Assembly: GCF_964204645.1 (NCBI RefSeq)
Contig: NC_134026.1
Coordinates: forward strand, 8,765,950-8,829,949
Source of the DNA: Tubulanus polymorphus
Lineage: Eukaryota; Animalia; Nemertea
Reading direction: 5' to 3'
DNA length: 64,000 nucleotides
In this document: piece by piece, positions 42,096 through 55,340 of the stretch
Position numbering within the stretch: the stretch's first letter is position 1
How the letters are laid out: each line of letters begins with the position of its first letter
Position numbers and translations under genes: made by a program
The notes under the pieces: model-generated
Seen by the model: the letters and a program-made list of their open reading frames with translations, nothing else
The model's database searches: none
Told to the model about the DNA's origin: nothing

Positions 42096-44831
42096 CTGAA
42101 ATGATTTTTAAGAAATTTCTTTTATATAACTGCGATTTTGAAAACCTCTCAATAGATCGACCGCTCGGCGCACAGTTGCCCTTGGAAAAAAACCTCGAAT
42201 CACCATTTTCCTACTATATGGATCGTGTCTTTTTACGAAAAAAGATGTAATTCTGAAAAAGAGGATTAAAGTCTACAGCCTTATTTAACCCGAAAACAGT
42301 GAAATAGTGGTTTTGGGGTTAAAAGTAATAGAAGAATATGTGTATGAATCTTTAAAGGAACCGTACGTTGTTCGTGCGCCTATATAAGTCTCGGAAATTG
42401 GTGCTCCACGTTTGGAGAGCAATTTTCTTCTTGGTGACAGTTCCCTGGTCTGAATTGGTATCCATTTCGATCATTTTCTCGTACTTGCAAATTGTGATAG
42501 TGATAATTTGATGCGAATTTTATCGGGAAACTTTAACAACCGGAAATTATCTCGCGCCTCGGGTCAAACGATTTCTAAAGCTCGATCGTTTCGGCTCGGT
42601 CATTTCTCGTTCGTTCTCGAAGCTATTCTCGTCTAAAGATTTTTTTCAAAAATCTCGAATGTTAGTAATCGAATAAATACCCTAATCCGTGTACGCTTTG
42701 TTCAATAAATCCCACAAATTTTAATTTTGACATGTAGAATTCGAATTGTGGGATTTCTTCAATAATCTCGAATGTTTGTTGAAGAGAGATACCTTTTCGC
42801 ATTTGATATTTCTAAAGACAAACTATAGCAGGGGCGTATCTAAAGGGAGGATGCAGGGGTGCGCACCCTCCCCCTGAAAACGTCAAATTGCCCTGAAATT
42901 TCACAGGAAAACTAGAAATTTTGAACTGAAAAAGTTTAAATTCATATGCTCGTCCTCTGTATTTCCAAAAAGAATAGAACATCTTTCTTTCGGGTGCCGT
43001 TTTTATTATGAGATGCCCTATTTTGGGGTTGCAACCCTTCCTGAATCAGACTCTAGATCCGTGTATAAAGCCATCAGTTGATATTGCCTTTATCCCGGCC
43101 GATAGCTTGAGTTCATTACTAAGACTGTCTTTAGATTCGTTTCGAGTTAGAATCGATCAAATCATAATTGAGTATTGAAATCCACATATTCATGCAAAAG
43201 ACATTACCTTATTTCAGTAGCAGGAACATCGCTTATCTAAGACAAAATATTTGTGGTAAGTAGTCAGTCTCGTATTAATTTAGATTTCGCAGTGTATTTC
43301 TGTCCTTCGAACGTATAAAGCGTGGGTAAACATTTTTTCTAAATTCTCATTTTCATCCCACTCTAAACTCGCTCTCCTTAAATCAACGGCATATATATTA
43401 ATAACGAACGTTGGATTAAAATCCACTACAATGTGAAGAGGTGCGGATTCTACGAAAAGTAAAAGCTTGCGCTACTGCACCGAATGAACCCTGTTTATCC
43501 TGGCTGGGGTAGGAATGCTTGCTTTATGCCGTAAACATGATCATCGCCGGTGGAAACAATTTCGAATTCTAACGGCGCTGGAGACGTTTTATCATTTCGA
43601 TGTTTCGTCAATAAAATTGATTATAATTTGATAGCGCGCAACCTGTTAAACATCAACGCATTGACCAGAGATTTGTTTGAAGAGTAACCGCTGCGTTGTG
43701 CCCCATCTGCGAACGCAACACAACGCCGGCCTGTAACCTTGGAATATCGCAAATTCCGCGATGATATCGGAAAGCATTTCGGAAATACCCTTCTCATTCT
43801 CGATAGAATGTCCTGCCCCGAAGTACTTATCCGGCAGATTGTAAAGTTCGACATAAATATTACGCCCTTATCCTGAGAGGGTATACATAAATAGAATATC
43901 CGTTCAAACTGAATGTAAAAAAACGATGCGCATAATTCGGATGTCTCAGCGGAGCTTTGAATTCGTTGATTCCTGTGTATTCGTCAATATCCCCACAACA
44001 CTTTTTGCCCGGACCACATATTTCAAATTGATTTGCTTGTTATATTCGGTCTTTCAAAATTAGTTTATCAATTATGCGAAATACTGTAAATAAATACTGC
44101 AATGCGAAAAGTGTTACTACTGAAGATGAAGAACCTAACCATGTACGGTCTTATATCAGTCAAATTAAACGTCTTACAGAGTGTGGAATCGGGTCATGCG
44201 CGGGGTGTTGCACGGTCAAGGGTTATAGATTTGAAGACCAGTCCAAGTCCATATTGATAATTGTCGTAGCCAATCTGACGACCAGTTTCATCATATTATT
44301 TAGGACCACTTTTTGAATTCAGTAATGAGTGCGCAACATTGCCCTTGACCCAATATTTCATCTTTATAGTATTGCTTTAACTTTCGGATTATAAAGTTTG
44401 TAATATATTTTATTACGATAATGTCGAAAGATTATGATCAGCACTGCAAATATTGACTCATGGTACGTAATATCAAGTTGGTAATATTCATTCATGCACG
44501 TTCTTAGTACGCTCGAAGAGCACGCGACGTAACTTGTACCGAATGGCCTCTTGTTTAAAATTTGGTAAATTATTAAGAAGTACGTTATCGAATTTAATCC
44601 TTTATGCAAGAGAAAATTTCGACGAATCTATACAAGCTGGGAACCGGCCGGCGAGCAAATATTTGTTTCAGCTGGGTGTGTTGAATTGACCTTCGACCCG
44701 TGAGAGTTCGATTAGTGCAATATTGTTATCTAATTTTACGTCGCTTGCGTGCACAGGTTTTTATTTTCCTTCAAAAGATACAAGATGATTAGTAGTCGAA
44801 TAAAACACTCTAATCCTTGTATATACTGTAG

Positions 44832-44979
44832 ATAATCGAAGAAGTCCCACAATTCGAAATTTTTTTCGCAATTCGATGGCTGTTAGTCAACAGCCGAAAC
44901 GTCGTGGTTTCGTTTTAATAAATTACATTCTAATAAATTATATCATATAGAATTCGAATTGTGGGACTTCATCGATTAT
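44832..44979 (+). mobile_element. Penelope-like end with inversion and truncated hammerhead
   Basis: 27-bp inverted repeat ATAATCGAAGAAGTCCCACAATTCGAA / TTCGAATTGTGGGACTTCATCGATTAT enclosing GAT-GGCTGTT-AGTC-AACAGCC-GAAACGTCG; related hairpin at ~42705-42765. Confidence 0.62.
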
Positions 44980-47900
44980 GTACGGGACTTCTTCGGTAAT
45001 AAACAAGATGGTGTATAATACTAACACGCATGCGTCAACAAACCTGAATCTGGTTCATAAGTAAGATACAACTCTCTCTCGGGATGAAGGTAATTTCGGC
45101 TTCGTTGGATTTGAGTATACATCTATGTATACTTCGGAATGGGTGCCCACTCTAGGCGATCATTTTACAGGGCCCCGTTACGAACTATTTGTAAACGTAA
45201 CATCTACGAACGTTTTAAAAGCCCCGATCCGCAGGAAGGGCTCTTACCTATCAGGAATGCTCTGCGGCGTATAGCACATAAATGCACGTGGGGTAATCAG
45301 ATATCGTGTAGTATATTATCAGAGTTAAATCCAATCCTGTCGAGTTTAACACAGGTAATTTTGACTCAATATAAACAGACAACCGGGACGATGAAAATGT
45401 TAGTTTTTCATGGTTCGTCATGGGATGCGCGTATTTTTTACAATGACCGCATTTTCGAAGAACTTTATCGTATAGGGGATCAGATTTGAAGGATCCGACC
45501 GTGTATAGAGCGGTACTTTGTTCAGAAGAAGTAACACCCGTTTCACCTTGGAGTTAGAAGACTACTGAAACCCTGAGGTTTAACTTAAGTATTTTCGATT
45601 ATGAGAAAGCCAGTTTGAAAAGTGGTTTGTCCTTCAAAGTGAAATGCAATGTCGTTTAATGACGTCGCGCTCGGAATGGGGATCAAGTGGGGTTTCCGTT
45701 ATGGAGTACATTACGTACATGATATATAAGTTGAGTTTACATCATAGATCATCAAGATTTAGCTAAACTAATTAGTTGACGCTACTTTATCATTATGTGC
45801 CTAAATTTTTCACCTTTAAACCCAAGGAAACCTGAATAAACCAGGTTATAATTTCACTTTCTAAACTGGAGAGTCGTTTGATTGATTGTTTAAACTAACT
45901 CTATTGACTAACCAGACAAGTAAGAGTCCAGGGTCCGGATTTGCGGTTTATTTCTAGACATGGGCCCGTTTTACAGTACGACCGACTTCCCATCTCATTT
46001 GATAGTTTCGCAAACCGATGAAACAGTGTACTCATCGTTCTGCAGAACGGGTCAAAAGTTTGGATTCAAATGAATTTTTTTGCAGTTTAAATTCAAATGA
46101 ATAGATGTTTGAAAATTTCAATTTTCACTTGAAAGTTAATTCAACTCAGAACTATCACGTTGGATAACCTGAAGCAAGGTTTTAATCTGATAAAAGATCA
46201 GCATTAAAGGCATTGAATGGATTCAACAATTCTGTGTGCAACCAAGGCCTCGTGATATATATAATATACGTATGATTAACGGTGTACCAATAGACAATGT
46301 GATAACGTACCCGATCAGGTTCCGATATGAGGAGTCCTCCGATGGTTATTTAGTCCTCAGACGCGAACAATTACGACTCGACTTATTCATTCGTCGGTAC
46401 TTGCCTGTCTTGGTAAGAGCAATCAACTATATGCTTGACTGGCTGAGAAATTCTAGATCGGCATCGGAATTTGCAACCACCGCGCAAAGATCCGAAGCGT
46501 TCTACGATACGTTAAACTACACTCCTCCTCCTACAAGGGAATTAATACTACTACGTTTGTATTGAAAATAGGTTGGGGACCACAGAAGTAAATTTATTTA
46601 TCTAAAGTGCGACTTGAAACGAGAGCTTTGTAGATAGGTATATTTGTCTACAACGTGCCACCTGGCCCCGTACACTACTTTATTTGTTTAGGAATCGGAC
46701 CTATAGACGGGCAACGAGGACCGGCCGCCAAAAACATGCTTAAGACTTTGCCGGACCCTAGATTTTGCTGTCCAGAGAAAATCCACAGACGAGTATAACG
46801 GGATATTCATAACTTGTCCAGGGCGGCGCACGTTTGGCTCCGAATTCGATTATTTTCCGTTACGCTTTAAGAGCTCTGGCTTAGCGCCATTTTGCTCGTG
46901 CGCGCTTCAATTGTATCTATAATGACGTGTACAATCATTCACAATTCCGTGAAATGACAGGTGTAATTATAAAGGACTCTAGCCTTTGAGATTTTTGATT
47001 TATGGTTGAATTATATATGTGACATGTTCAGTTGATTTATTACATATCTCTCAGTAAGTCACGCGCAGTACGCGGCGCAGGCCCGAGGGCTATTTTTCGT
47101 ATTGAACATGTTTTCTTGTCTTAATCTGGATGTTCGACAACACAGGAAAAATGTTTACTAAAACATTTTCGATGTCAAATGAGAACTGGTATAAGGAAAT
47201 CGATCGTCCAAAAATGCCGCCCACCTTCTTCCACATTCGCAAATATATTTTTAAATGACTTTCAAGTGATGGCATGTGCTGCAATTTCATATTGTGGTGT
47301 AGGATTTTTTATCAGAACTATTCTGGATTCTGGAGTGGATACGGATTGTTTATGTCGAATTTCCATTCGCGTGGATACATTTGTGAAAATTGTGTATTCA
47401 AGAATTCCTTCGCTCCGATATTCTCGTCCTCATCATTACGTCATATAGGGAATTGATCTTTCCTCATTTGGTTCATTCTAATCAGTCTCATTCAAGAACT
47501 CAGAATGACGCTAAAAGTATAGGCCTAATCAATGTCACAAAAACAATATTTGGCTCGGGTATCGGCAGTATACTGACATTTCATCGAAATCAAATAAACT
47601 GATTTTGCTCAAATAAAGATCTTCAGTATATATTCAGCCAATTAATTCTCCTCCTTGAACATCAACAGGGCAAAAATGTTCTACAACCATCAAAATGTCA
47701 TCATTTCAGTACTAGACTGTGGACTGTCCTACCGGTACATTCAGTTTGTTAGCGTGGGCGTATAGTGACATCACTGTCGAGCAATATCTAGTGATATCTA
47801 TACAGCGAATGTCTAACAGCTGCTGACCCGGTATTTTTTGATCGCCGAAAAAATATATGTCAACACACGATTGAATTGTGCCCCATTCACCTGCATCGAT

Positions 47901-49538
47901 CCGATAACGACGGTCTGGTTTGTGATTATTTGTTCGACGATGAAGATAAGCGCGTCTAATATGACTGATACACAGAGTGAAGGCTACGATCTGGATCTTT
48001 GTTATAGTTATTTTTGTCTAATACATAAACATCCCTCAATAAAAGATATCTCTATGATAAACTAGACAAGCGATGCGTTTCATGTGCGTACTGTGTCGAT
48101 ATACAACTTTTCGTACATTACGTACGTGCTCCATGTCGATTTATCATATCAAAATACCACATTAAAGAATACTACTGAACTGACAAGCTGTGGCCACGAC
48201 GCTTAAACCTGCCCCCCCCCCCCCAAAAAAAAAGAAAGATTAAAAACTTTGTTGTTAGATTCATACTTATAAGTCATGTGCCCCTTGCAAATTTGCCGAT
48301 ATTATTAAGAAAGGAAGAAATATCTTGAAATAGATCTCCGAAAAAATACATTCTCTAAATGAACATATTTTCTTATTAATTCTAGGATTAATAAATGTTG
48401 TGCAATAAACGACGAATGTTCCGATTTCTACGGAAGTTCATTTTAGTTTTTTTGGTTCATATCATTTCACAAAAATATTAGATTTCTGAACTATAGTTTC
48501 ATAGGTGCTTGTGTTTGACTTGCAATAAAATAGATATTTTAGTAACGGAATTCATGAAAGTAGCGGAAAAAGGAGCATTTGTATGATATGTTTATTGGTT
48601 TTTCGAGGTGGATAGCTCACAAAAAACGTTTCCATAATCTTTCCAGCGAATTGTCTGTGACTAGACAAACAATCTCACAGAAATACGTATTTTAGCCCAG
48701 GCAAAATAATCTTAAGTTTCTGATGAGGTTATAAAAAGAAACTTAGAAACGGGCAAATGAATACCAGAAACGAGCGTCAGTGATCCCACAATTAGAAATC
48801 AGAATCAAAATAGAAATGTCGAGATCATGGAAAAGTGTCGCCTTCACAATTTACTCGAACCTAATTTCCTCTATTCCTCAGAGGGTGGGTGAGTGGCATA
48901 ATGCTAAAATGAGATTGAAAAGAAGTCCCCATAAATGTTGTCCTAATTCTACGAAAGCGTGACGAACTGTGTCCTTAGACACTATGAAGGGGGGATTCCC
49001 TGATTTTGTCTGGAGTAAGGGTAGCAAAGACAGCGGGGATTCCCTTCAATATTCGGCTCAGATGTACTGTCATTGTACTGGGATACCCTCCTTTTTAAAG
49101 GTGTGATTATTTAAAAAGTTTGGCCTTGTGTAGTGTCTTGGCTGGGCGAAAACTGTGCCATACATTTCTGTTCAGCCATTTTAAGCAGGCTCTTCACTTA
49201 GATTTATTCGCTTATATATGAACTTAACCTTCGAATTTTTCATTTTTGTTATAGGATATAGAAGATTTTGGAAAAGTGCTCTATTTCGGGTCCTGGATCT
49301 AACAACGCCCGATGCCCTAGTAAGCAGGCCCGGCCCGTCTGGTGCTGCCGCCACACTGTTTCGATTCAACATGGCCGCGCCCATGTAAATTTTAAAAATT
49401 GCGTTTCTCAAATAAACATCGCATAAGATATTCTTTAATTCGTTACGTTTGTCATCATTAACAAATCTGTTCGACAGAAAATCAAGTAGAATAGTTACAT
49501 TTCACGATGACATAAAGGGCAACTTCAATAACTGAATA

Positions 49539-52500
49539 ATGAAACGAAATAATATTGGAAATCAATCTGATGTAAGTAGGCACTTGCAATTTGTCTTATC
49601 AAATATGTATATGAAAGTACTCGGTTCAATAAGTAGTTGTCCTGTAATGAAAAGAAAGCTACCCTAATGTTTCACCATATTTTGGGCCATTATTGTTAGG
49701 ATATTCAGAATAAACTCGACAAACGGAAGTGCATATTTTACTAAAATGGCATTATTCTAACGCTATTTGCAAAATTTTATTTCTACAATGAGAATTATTT
49801 AAGGTTCTCTGTAACATTTTAGGGTAATATGCAAGAAACACAAGCGCGCAGCTAAACAAAGGCCAAAGGCGTGATGGTCAGACTTAACAGAAAAAAAGTG
49901 TCCCAGCAAACATTTTGCTGGCTGAGTCGCTGGTTGGATATGGCCTACGCTGAAAATCTCAAGTGCTATGCATACCACTGGATTTTCAATGTTGAAAATC
50001 TCCCTTTTGGATGAGGCCTACTACATTGCGCAACTGTATCCTCGCCAACAATCTGATACCAGCCCCTTCCCCTTATAGGCCTACAGAATAATGTCTGTTA
50101 CAACGTTTTTGCATTATGGGGTTTTTAATTATTGGTGCGACATGTTGCTATTGTTGCACCAGGGCTATACCCTGTATTGTGGTAACAATTGATAAGTTCT
50201 GGCAGTCTTGCATTAGTAGAATGCCGCTATAGTGCACTGTATTTTTGATTGTACTCATTCGTCACCAATATTTTTTATTCTTTGTTAGTTTCTAGCAAAG
50301 CCTCAACAGCCAGATACTGGACAATCCGCTGAAGTTCCGTTGCAGCACAAGACAGTTTTACTGTTTCGATCCCCCGAGCCCAGAGATGGACAAGTCGACC
50401 CTTATGTGAAGGTAAGCTGCTGTTTACATTCATATTTCATTGTGGTGGATCTATGTAGTTTAGGGTAGAGGGCCCAGTCTAAGTTTAAATGTTTAGAACG
50501 GTTTAGTTTGAATTGTTGTCTTCATTGAAATCGAGTGACCAACAGTAACTAAACCTAAAATTTACCGCAACTTTTTTGGAAAGTTGGACCGAGAAGCCTA
50601 ATTTCCCGCACAGGCCACAGAGTTGAAAATAAGTATGCAAGCTTTATGCTCAACTTAACATAACTTGAGTCTGATCAAACGCAAACAAAAAACTGGAAGA
50701 GGTATTGCAATTTTGCTAGGAGACTCTATTTGCCTTCCACCAGGGGAACTTATGAAATACCTTCACGTCATATTAACTAGGCCATTGCAAGTAATTTTGG
50801 ATTGGTACAACCAGAAGATTAGTTGAATTTTTTTCAAATAGTGGGCATTGTCTGTCACCAGCGAGTACCTAAAAAGTGCAAAGCTTGGTCTGGGCCCTCT
50901 AGAAAATTCTGAAGATTTATGCTCATAGATGCATTTGCCTGACAATTTGAACCATACAATACCATTTAATGTACCGAAATTTGATCAGGGATCTTTATCC
51001 AGATTGCTTGAATAGATCTTTATTAAGATATTTGATATCTCATTTACAGGCGCTGGAGGCACTTGGTTTATACACAGTATGCATTCCTCCGCTGGCATTT
51101 GAATATGAAAATCTTCCAAAATATGCATCATTGCTGGAACAATGTGATAAATTTTCAGCTATCGTGTTCACCAGTCAGCGGGCAGTCAGAGCTATTGAGG
51201 AGGCCTATCAAAGTGGTAAGAATAGCGTGTGTATTCGTGATGATTCTCTGTGAAATTTTGAATCAAATATTTGAATTTCCTTGCTCGCGAATTCCTTGTT
51301 TCAGCATCTGATATCAAGATCGTCGTGGATCTGTGGAAAACCAAACCAGTGTTTGTTGTCGGTAAAGCTACTGGAAAACTTGGTTAGTTCATGAATAAAC
51401 ATGTACCACTCTAGAATTTATTAAATAAGGAAAACGTTTTCAATTTCTATTGATTATTTTTACTGCTTTGAATTTTAGCCGAAAGTCTAGGTTTCAATGT
51501 GCAAGGTGGCGAGTCTGGAAATGCTGATCATTTGGCAGACCATATCTTAAAAGGTAATCAAACCATTGCAAAAAATAGATTTTAATCATGTTTTGGTGAA
51601 TGTTTCAGCCATATTATGATTGAAAGTTAAAGCGAATATAGTTCTTGACGAACCATATCAACAGGTTTTAGCATAGTCTCGATATGATTATTAACACTGT
51701 CGTAGGACACATCTAGCATGGGATTTGGATAACCCAGTGTATTATTGTATTTGGGAGTTGAACACTGAAATGTTGGATATTTCAATTTGTATTGATAAAA
51801 TGGCACCGATGCATATTTTTCAATTACAATCAATTGCAAAGATGCATCCTCGCTTGCCAGGGGTCCAGTATCACTCCCGAACTCACTTCCACCAGCCCCC
51901 TGGCCTCACGAAGCGTGATTTCATTACTGGGGCTGTTGCGCATGACGTCATATATCGATTTGCGAAATACTTCCTTGTTCAGTAAAACGTTCGTTGATTG
52001 GTCCATTTAACGGGAAAACCAACAGAAGTCTACTGTCGGTTTGTTACAAGCGCTGTGATTGGTACGGCCGGATTCTGGTCGGCTAGTAACGACTCCAACG
52101 ACTCGTGAGGTCAAGGGGTTCGGGGAACAGCTTTAGCGTAGTGGGTTCGAATCCCTTGACGGGTGAAGATGGCAAAGGTGAGGATTTCTATTATTGTGTA
52201 GATTTTCAAGGTCATTGGCTTCTGCTTACGTTTACCAGAGGGCGTTGAATGCTGAAATTGCATAGTATTCCCATTTATATTGCGACCTATGGACATTTTG
52301 CTACCAGATTCAATCGCAATTTCAATCATCTCAAACCACTTCCCAAGTGGGCATGGTGTCCCTCGACCCCTTAGTTGATTTCTCATCTAAATTTATTTTC
52401 AGTTTTGCCGGAGCCTGGAAAACCAGTATTATTCCCTTGCGGTAATCTGAGTAAGGATACAATAGTGAATCAGTTGACCGATGCAAGACATATGGTTGAG

Positions 52501-53996
52501 AAGTTACCAGTTTATAGAACTATAGCTAATCCTGATCTCGGGCATATATTAGACGACTATGTGTTAAGGCAAGATGTAAGTTCGTGTCGTTGAAGTTTTT
52601 TTCTTGTGAAAATACTCATCAATCACTTCTCAAAAGGATTCTTCATCTTTTGATTCTCACTATTCACGAGCAGAGCTAATGCTGCAAAACATATTCTTCG
52701 CTGAATACATGGACACCAATCCGTGTTAGGTTGCATGAATCTTCATCCATTATTTTTTGCCGGGCAAGATGAAATTTTGATCTTTGCTTTTAACCTTTTT
52801 GGAAAAGAAACTTATATGTAAAAACTAAACTTGAGTGAGTGACCGAAAATGTTTCTATATCATTTCAGGGAATTCCGGAATATCTGGTATATTTTAGTCC
52901 TTCTAGTGCAAATTACACAAAGCCGTATTTGGAAAAATATCATTTACCGGATGAGATTAAGGTACGTTCCTAGATGTGTAAAAGCAATTCGTCCTATAAA
53001 GCAACTTGCTAGCAACATTCTTATTTCATAAAGAATTGATGAAGATAGTAGCCATCTTTTCTGGAAGGCAGGGGCAGATCCAGGGGGACTTATGAGACTT
53101 GTAAAAAAGTCCATCAGATTTTTTTAAGCAGATAATTGGTGCTTTTCAGTGCGGGAGTACTGCCTTCTTGGACATCAAAGTGCCCTTTTGGGACTAGAAA
53201 ATTTGTCAAAATTAGCCCTCTGTGCGGGAGTACACCTAATATTGCCTTTTTGACATACCGGTAACAGTGCCCTTTTGGTATGTGACTAAGTCCTTCAAAG
53301 TTAGCCTCTGGATCTGCCCCAGGAAGAATTAATACGTACCGCTACCCGCTCAGTATACTATATAACGCTTGAACATAGCGTCAACTACTGCAGTCAACCT
53401 AATTTAAATCATATTACTTAAGGCGGGGATAGGTCAGTCTTGTGACTGCCAGTGACATGATTTTCTGCAACTGCCAGCGAAGATCGCGTCACGAAAACCT
53501 GTCGACCTCAGCTGCCTTGCAACTGCCATCAAGTCACACATGTTGTACTTTCTACGACGCGACCCTCTCTCCTTATCGCAACCGACATACACTACTCTTG
53601 CGACTGACAGAGCCTAGTCACACATAGTCATTGACAATCGTGTTGCTGTTGACCTACAAGTCCTTTTACCTACCGGTACCAGTTGCAACCTATCACATCG
53701 CACATTGAACTATGCCTGTCTTAAATTTAACTCAATTGTTTAGTACCAATTTAGTACCCAAGTGACCGCAATGACTTAAACAAGGTTCATTGCAGTTGAA
53801 TATTTGATGAAGACTTGCGCAGCTTTTCACTGCCTTTCTCTTCTGTATTTTTCAGCATATATCAATTGGACCATCAACTTCCAAGGCGTTAGAGCAAAAT
53901 GGTTTTTCAGTCAGTATCGAGGCTTCGGAGCCTTCGCCGTCATTTGTAGCTGCTGCAATTTCGTCACTACTGAGTCAAGATAAACATGTTTCATAG
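49539..53996 (+). CDS. UROS: Uroporphyrinogen-III synthase, 8 exons
   Basis: Exons 49539-49571 (inferred first exon), 50289-50411, 51050-51215, 51305-51382, 51479-51553, 52403-52575, 52869-52961, 53856-53996. Motifs VLLFRS..DPYV, AIVFTSQRAV, VFVVGKATG, GNADHLA, VLFPCGNL, VYRT, YFSPS, SIGPSTSKAL. Confidence 0.93.
51845..52171. mobile_element. MITE with 9-bp TSD, same terminal type as 2245-2566
   Basis: CATCCTCGCTTGCCAGGGG ... CCCTTGACGGGTGAAGATG; TSD GCAAAGATG (51836-51844) / GCAAAGGTG (52172-52180). Confidence 0.8.
53420..53722. mobile_element. Harbinger-like MITE, diverged
   Basis: TTAAGGCGGGGATAG ... CTATGCCTGTCTTAA imperfect TIRs in TTA/TAA context; internal GCAACTG/GCGAC repeats. Confidence 0.55.
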
Positions 53997-54862
53997 GTCT
54001 GTTTCGATAAAGAGGCTACTACTGATTTGCAGATAGCAAGCTGAATAGCTTCCTTCATCCTGTACATACTAGTTTTCATTAACTAAGCGAATGTGTGTTT
54101 TCGGCAAATTAGTTACACTTATCAGGGTTCATAGCGGTCAGTGAAATTATGGGTCAGTAAAATTCTTTGGATTCTATTTTAAGAATTAGATGAGGGTCCA
54201 ACTCATGCAAATGATGTTTTTTCATTGCTGCATCCTTGTGAAATATTTTGCGCCAAAAAAATCTTTAGAAATCGTATAAAAGTCTTCGAACGTTTGGTGT
54301 AAGGTTTTTGAAAGTCTTTGATTTTTTCGGCTGTGCGGTCAGCGAGGCTACGAACCCTGACTTTGCTGTGTGCACATGGCATTATCTTGACTTTGAAAAT
54401 CTGATCTCTGCTGATACTTCTGTCGATGGTCAATATGCATATATGTAATATAACCTCTAGTCAATACATTGTTACATGTCCTTTTGAAAAATGAAGACGA
54501 TGCATCAAATTGCTATACTTGCTTAAAAGCTTCATATAGCGTGTTTTTGGTTCAATAGTCATTTGTATTATATGGTAACGACGATATTGACGTAACTGTG
54601 CTATAATCTTAGTACATGTAATGTGCACATGTATGTTTATTTATAATTCTTTGTACAACTACTTAAATGTATGACATAATGTTTGTTTTATCGTCGGTTA
54701 AACAAAAATATGACATGTTTACGTTCAGATTCATGAAAAAACAAAATGAACATGTACATTATTGTGTCGGCATTTTCGGGCAAGGTTCTAAAGAAACTCA
54801 ATCTGTTCATCTGTGAACAAATAAATATTCGTGTAATTTCCCTCTTTAGCCAAGTCCTGAAG

Positions 54863-55340
54863 ATTTTTATATCAATTTCGTGGGTTAGTGTGGGACTATC
54901 CCAACAGACTATTGCGTTCACTTTTTGTCCGTCCGTCCATCTGTAGACAGAATCTAGTTTTCTTGGGAAGTTTTCGATACACTTTGATGCATGGTCGACT
55001 TGATATTTGCTTTATCCAAGCCGCATCTGCAGCCCAACTAGCGGGCATTGTTGCAATATCAGCATTCTCTCTGTCTTGGGGTTTGGCATGTTTATGTATT
55101 CCCGTAGGGCCTAGCATCACAAGGAATAATACACTCGATTGGAAACAAGATGGCCATATAGTGACCTATTTTGTTCCAAATATGCATTTCAAGTCTGGAT
55201 TCTTGTGGTTTCTATGTTCACCGGGGGCATTGAATATTGAAATTGTCGAACATTTCAGACCAGTTTATGAGTGGGCGTGGTGTCCCTGGACCCCTAGTTT
55301 GTAAATCAGGACAGCCTATAGGGTCCCAAGATCATCTAGT
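54863..55340 (+). mobile_element. Non-autonomous Helentron/DINE-like (HINE) element
   Basis: Begins at a TTTTTAT run, carries GTCCGTCCGTCC microsatellite seed and ends ...CATCTAGT; segment GGGGGCATTGAATAT..CCTGGACCCCTAG is shared with ~25607-25655. Confidence 0.5.

Noticed and set aside
41860-42250. ORFs with (IY)n
   Set aside because: Artefacts of the (TA)n microsatellite.
52130-52171. tRNA gene (also GGTTCGAATCCC at 2540-2551)
   Set aside because: Only a T-loop/B-box motif inside MITE termini; no cloverleaf.
54888-55304. 138-aa ORF
   Set aside because: Lies in a Helentron/DINE-like repeat; no domain or splice support.
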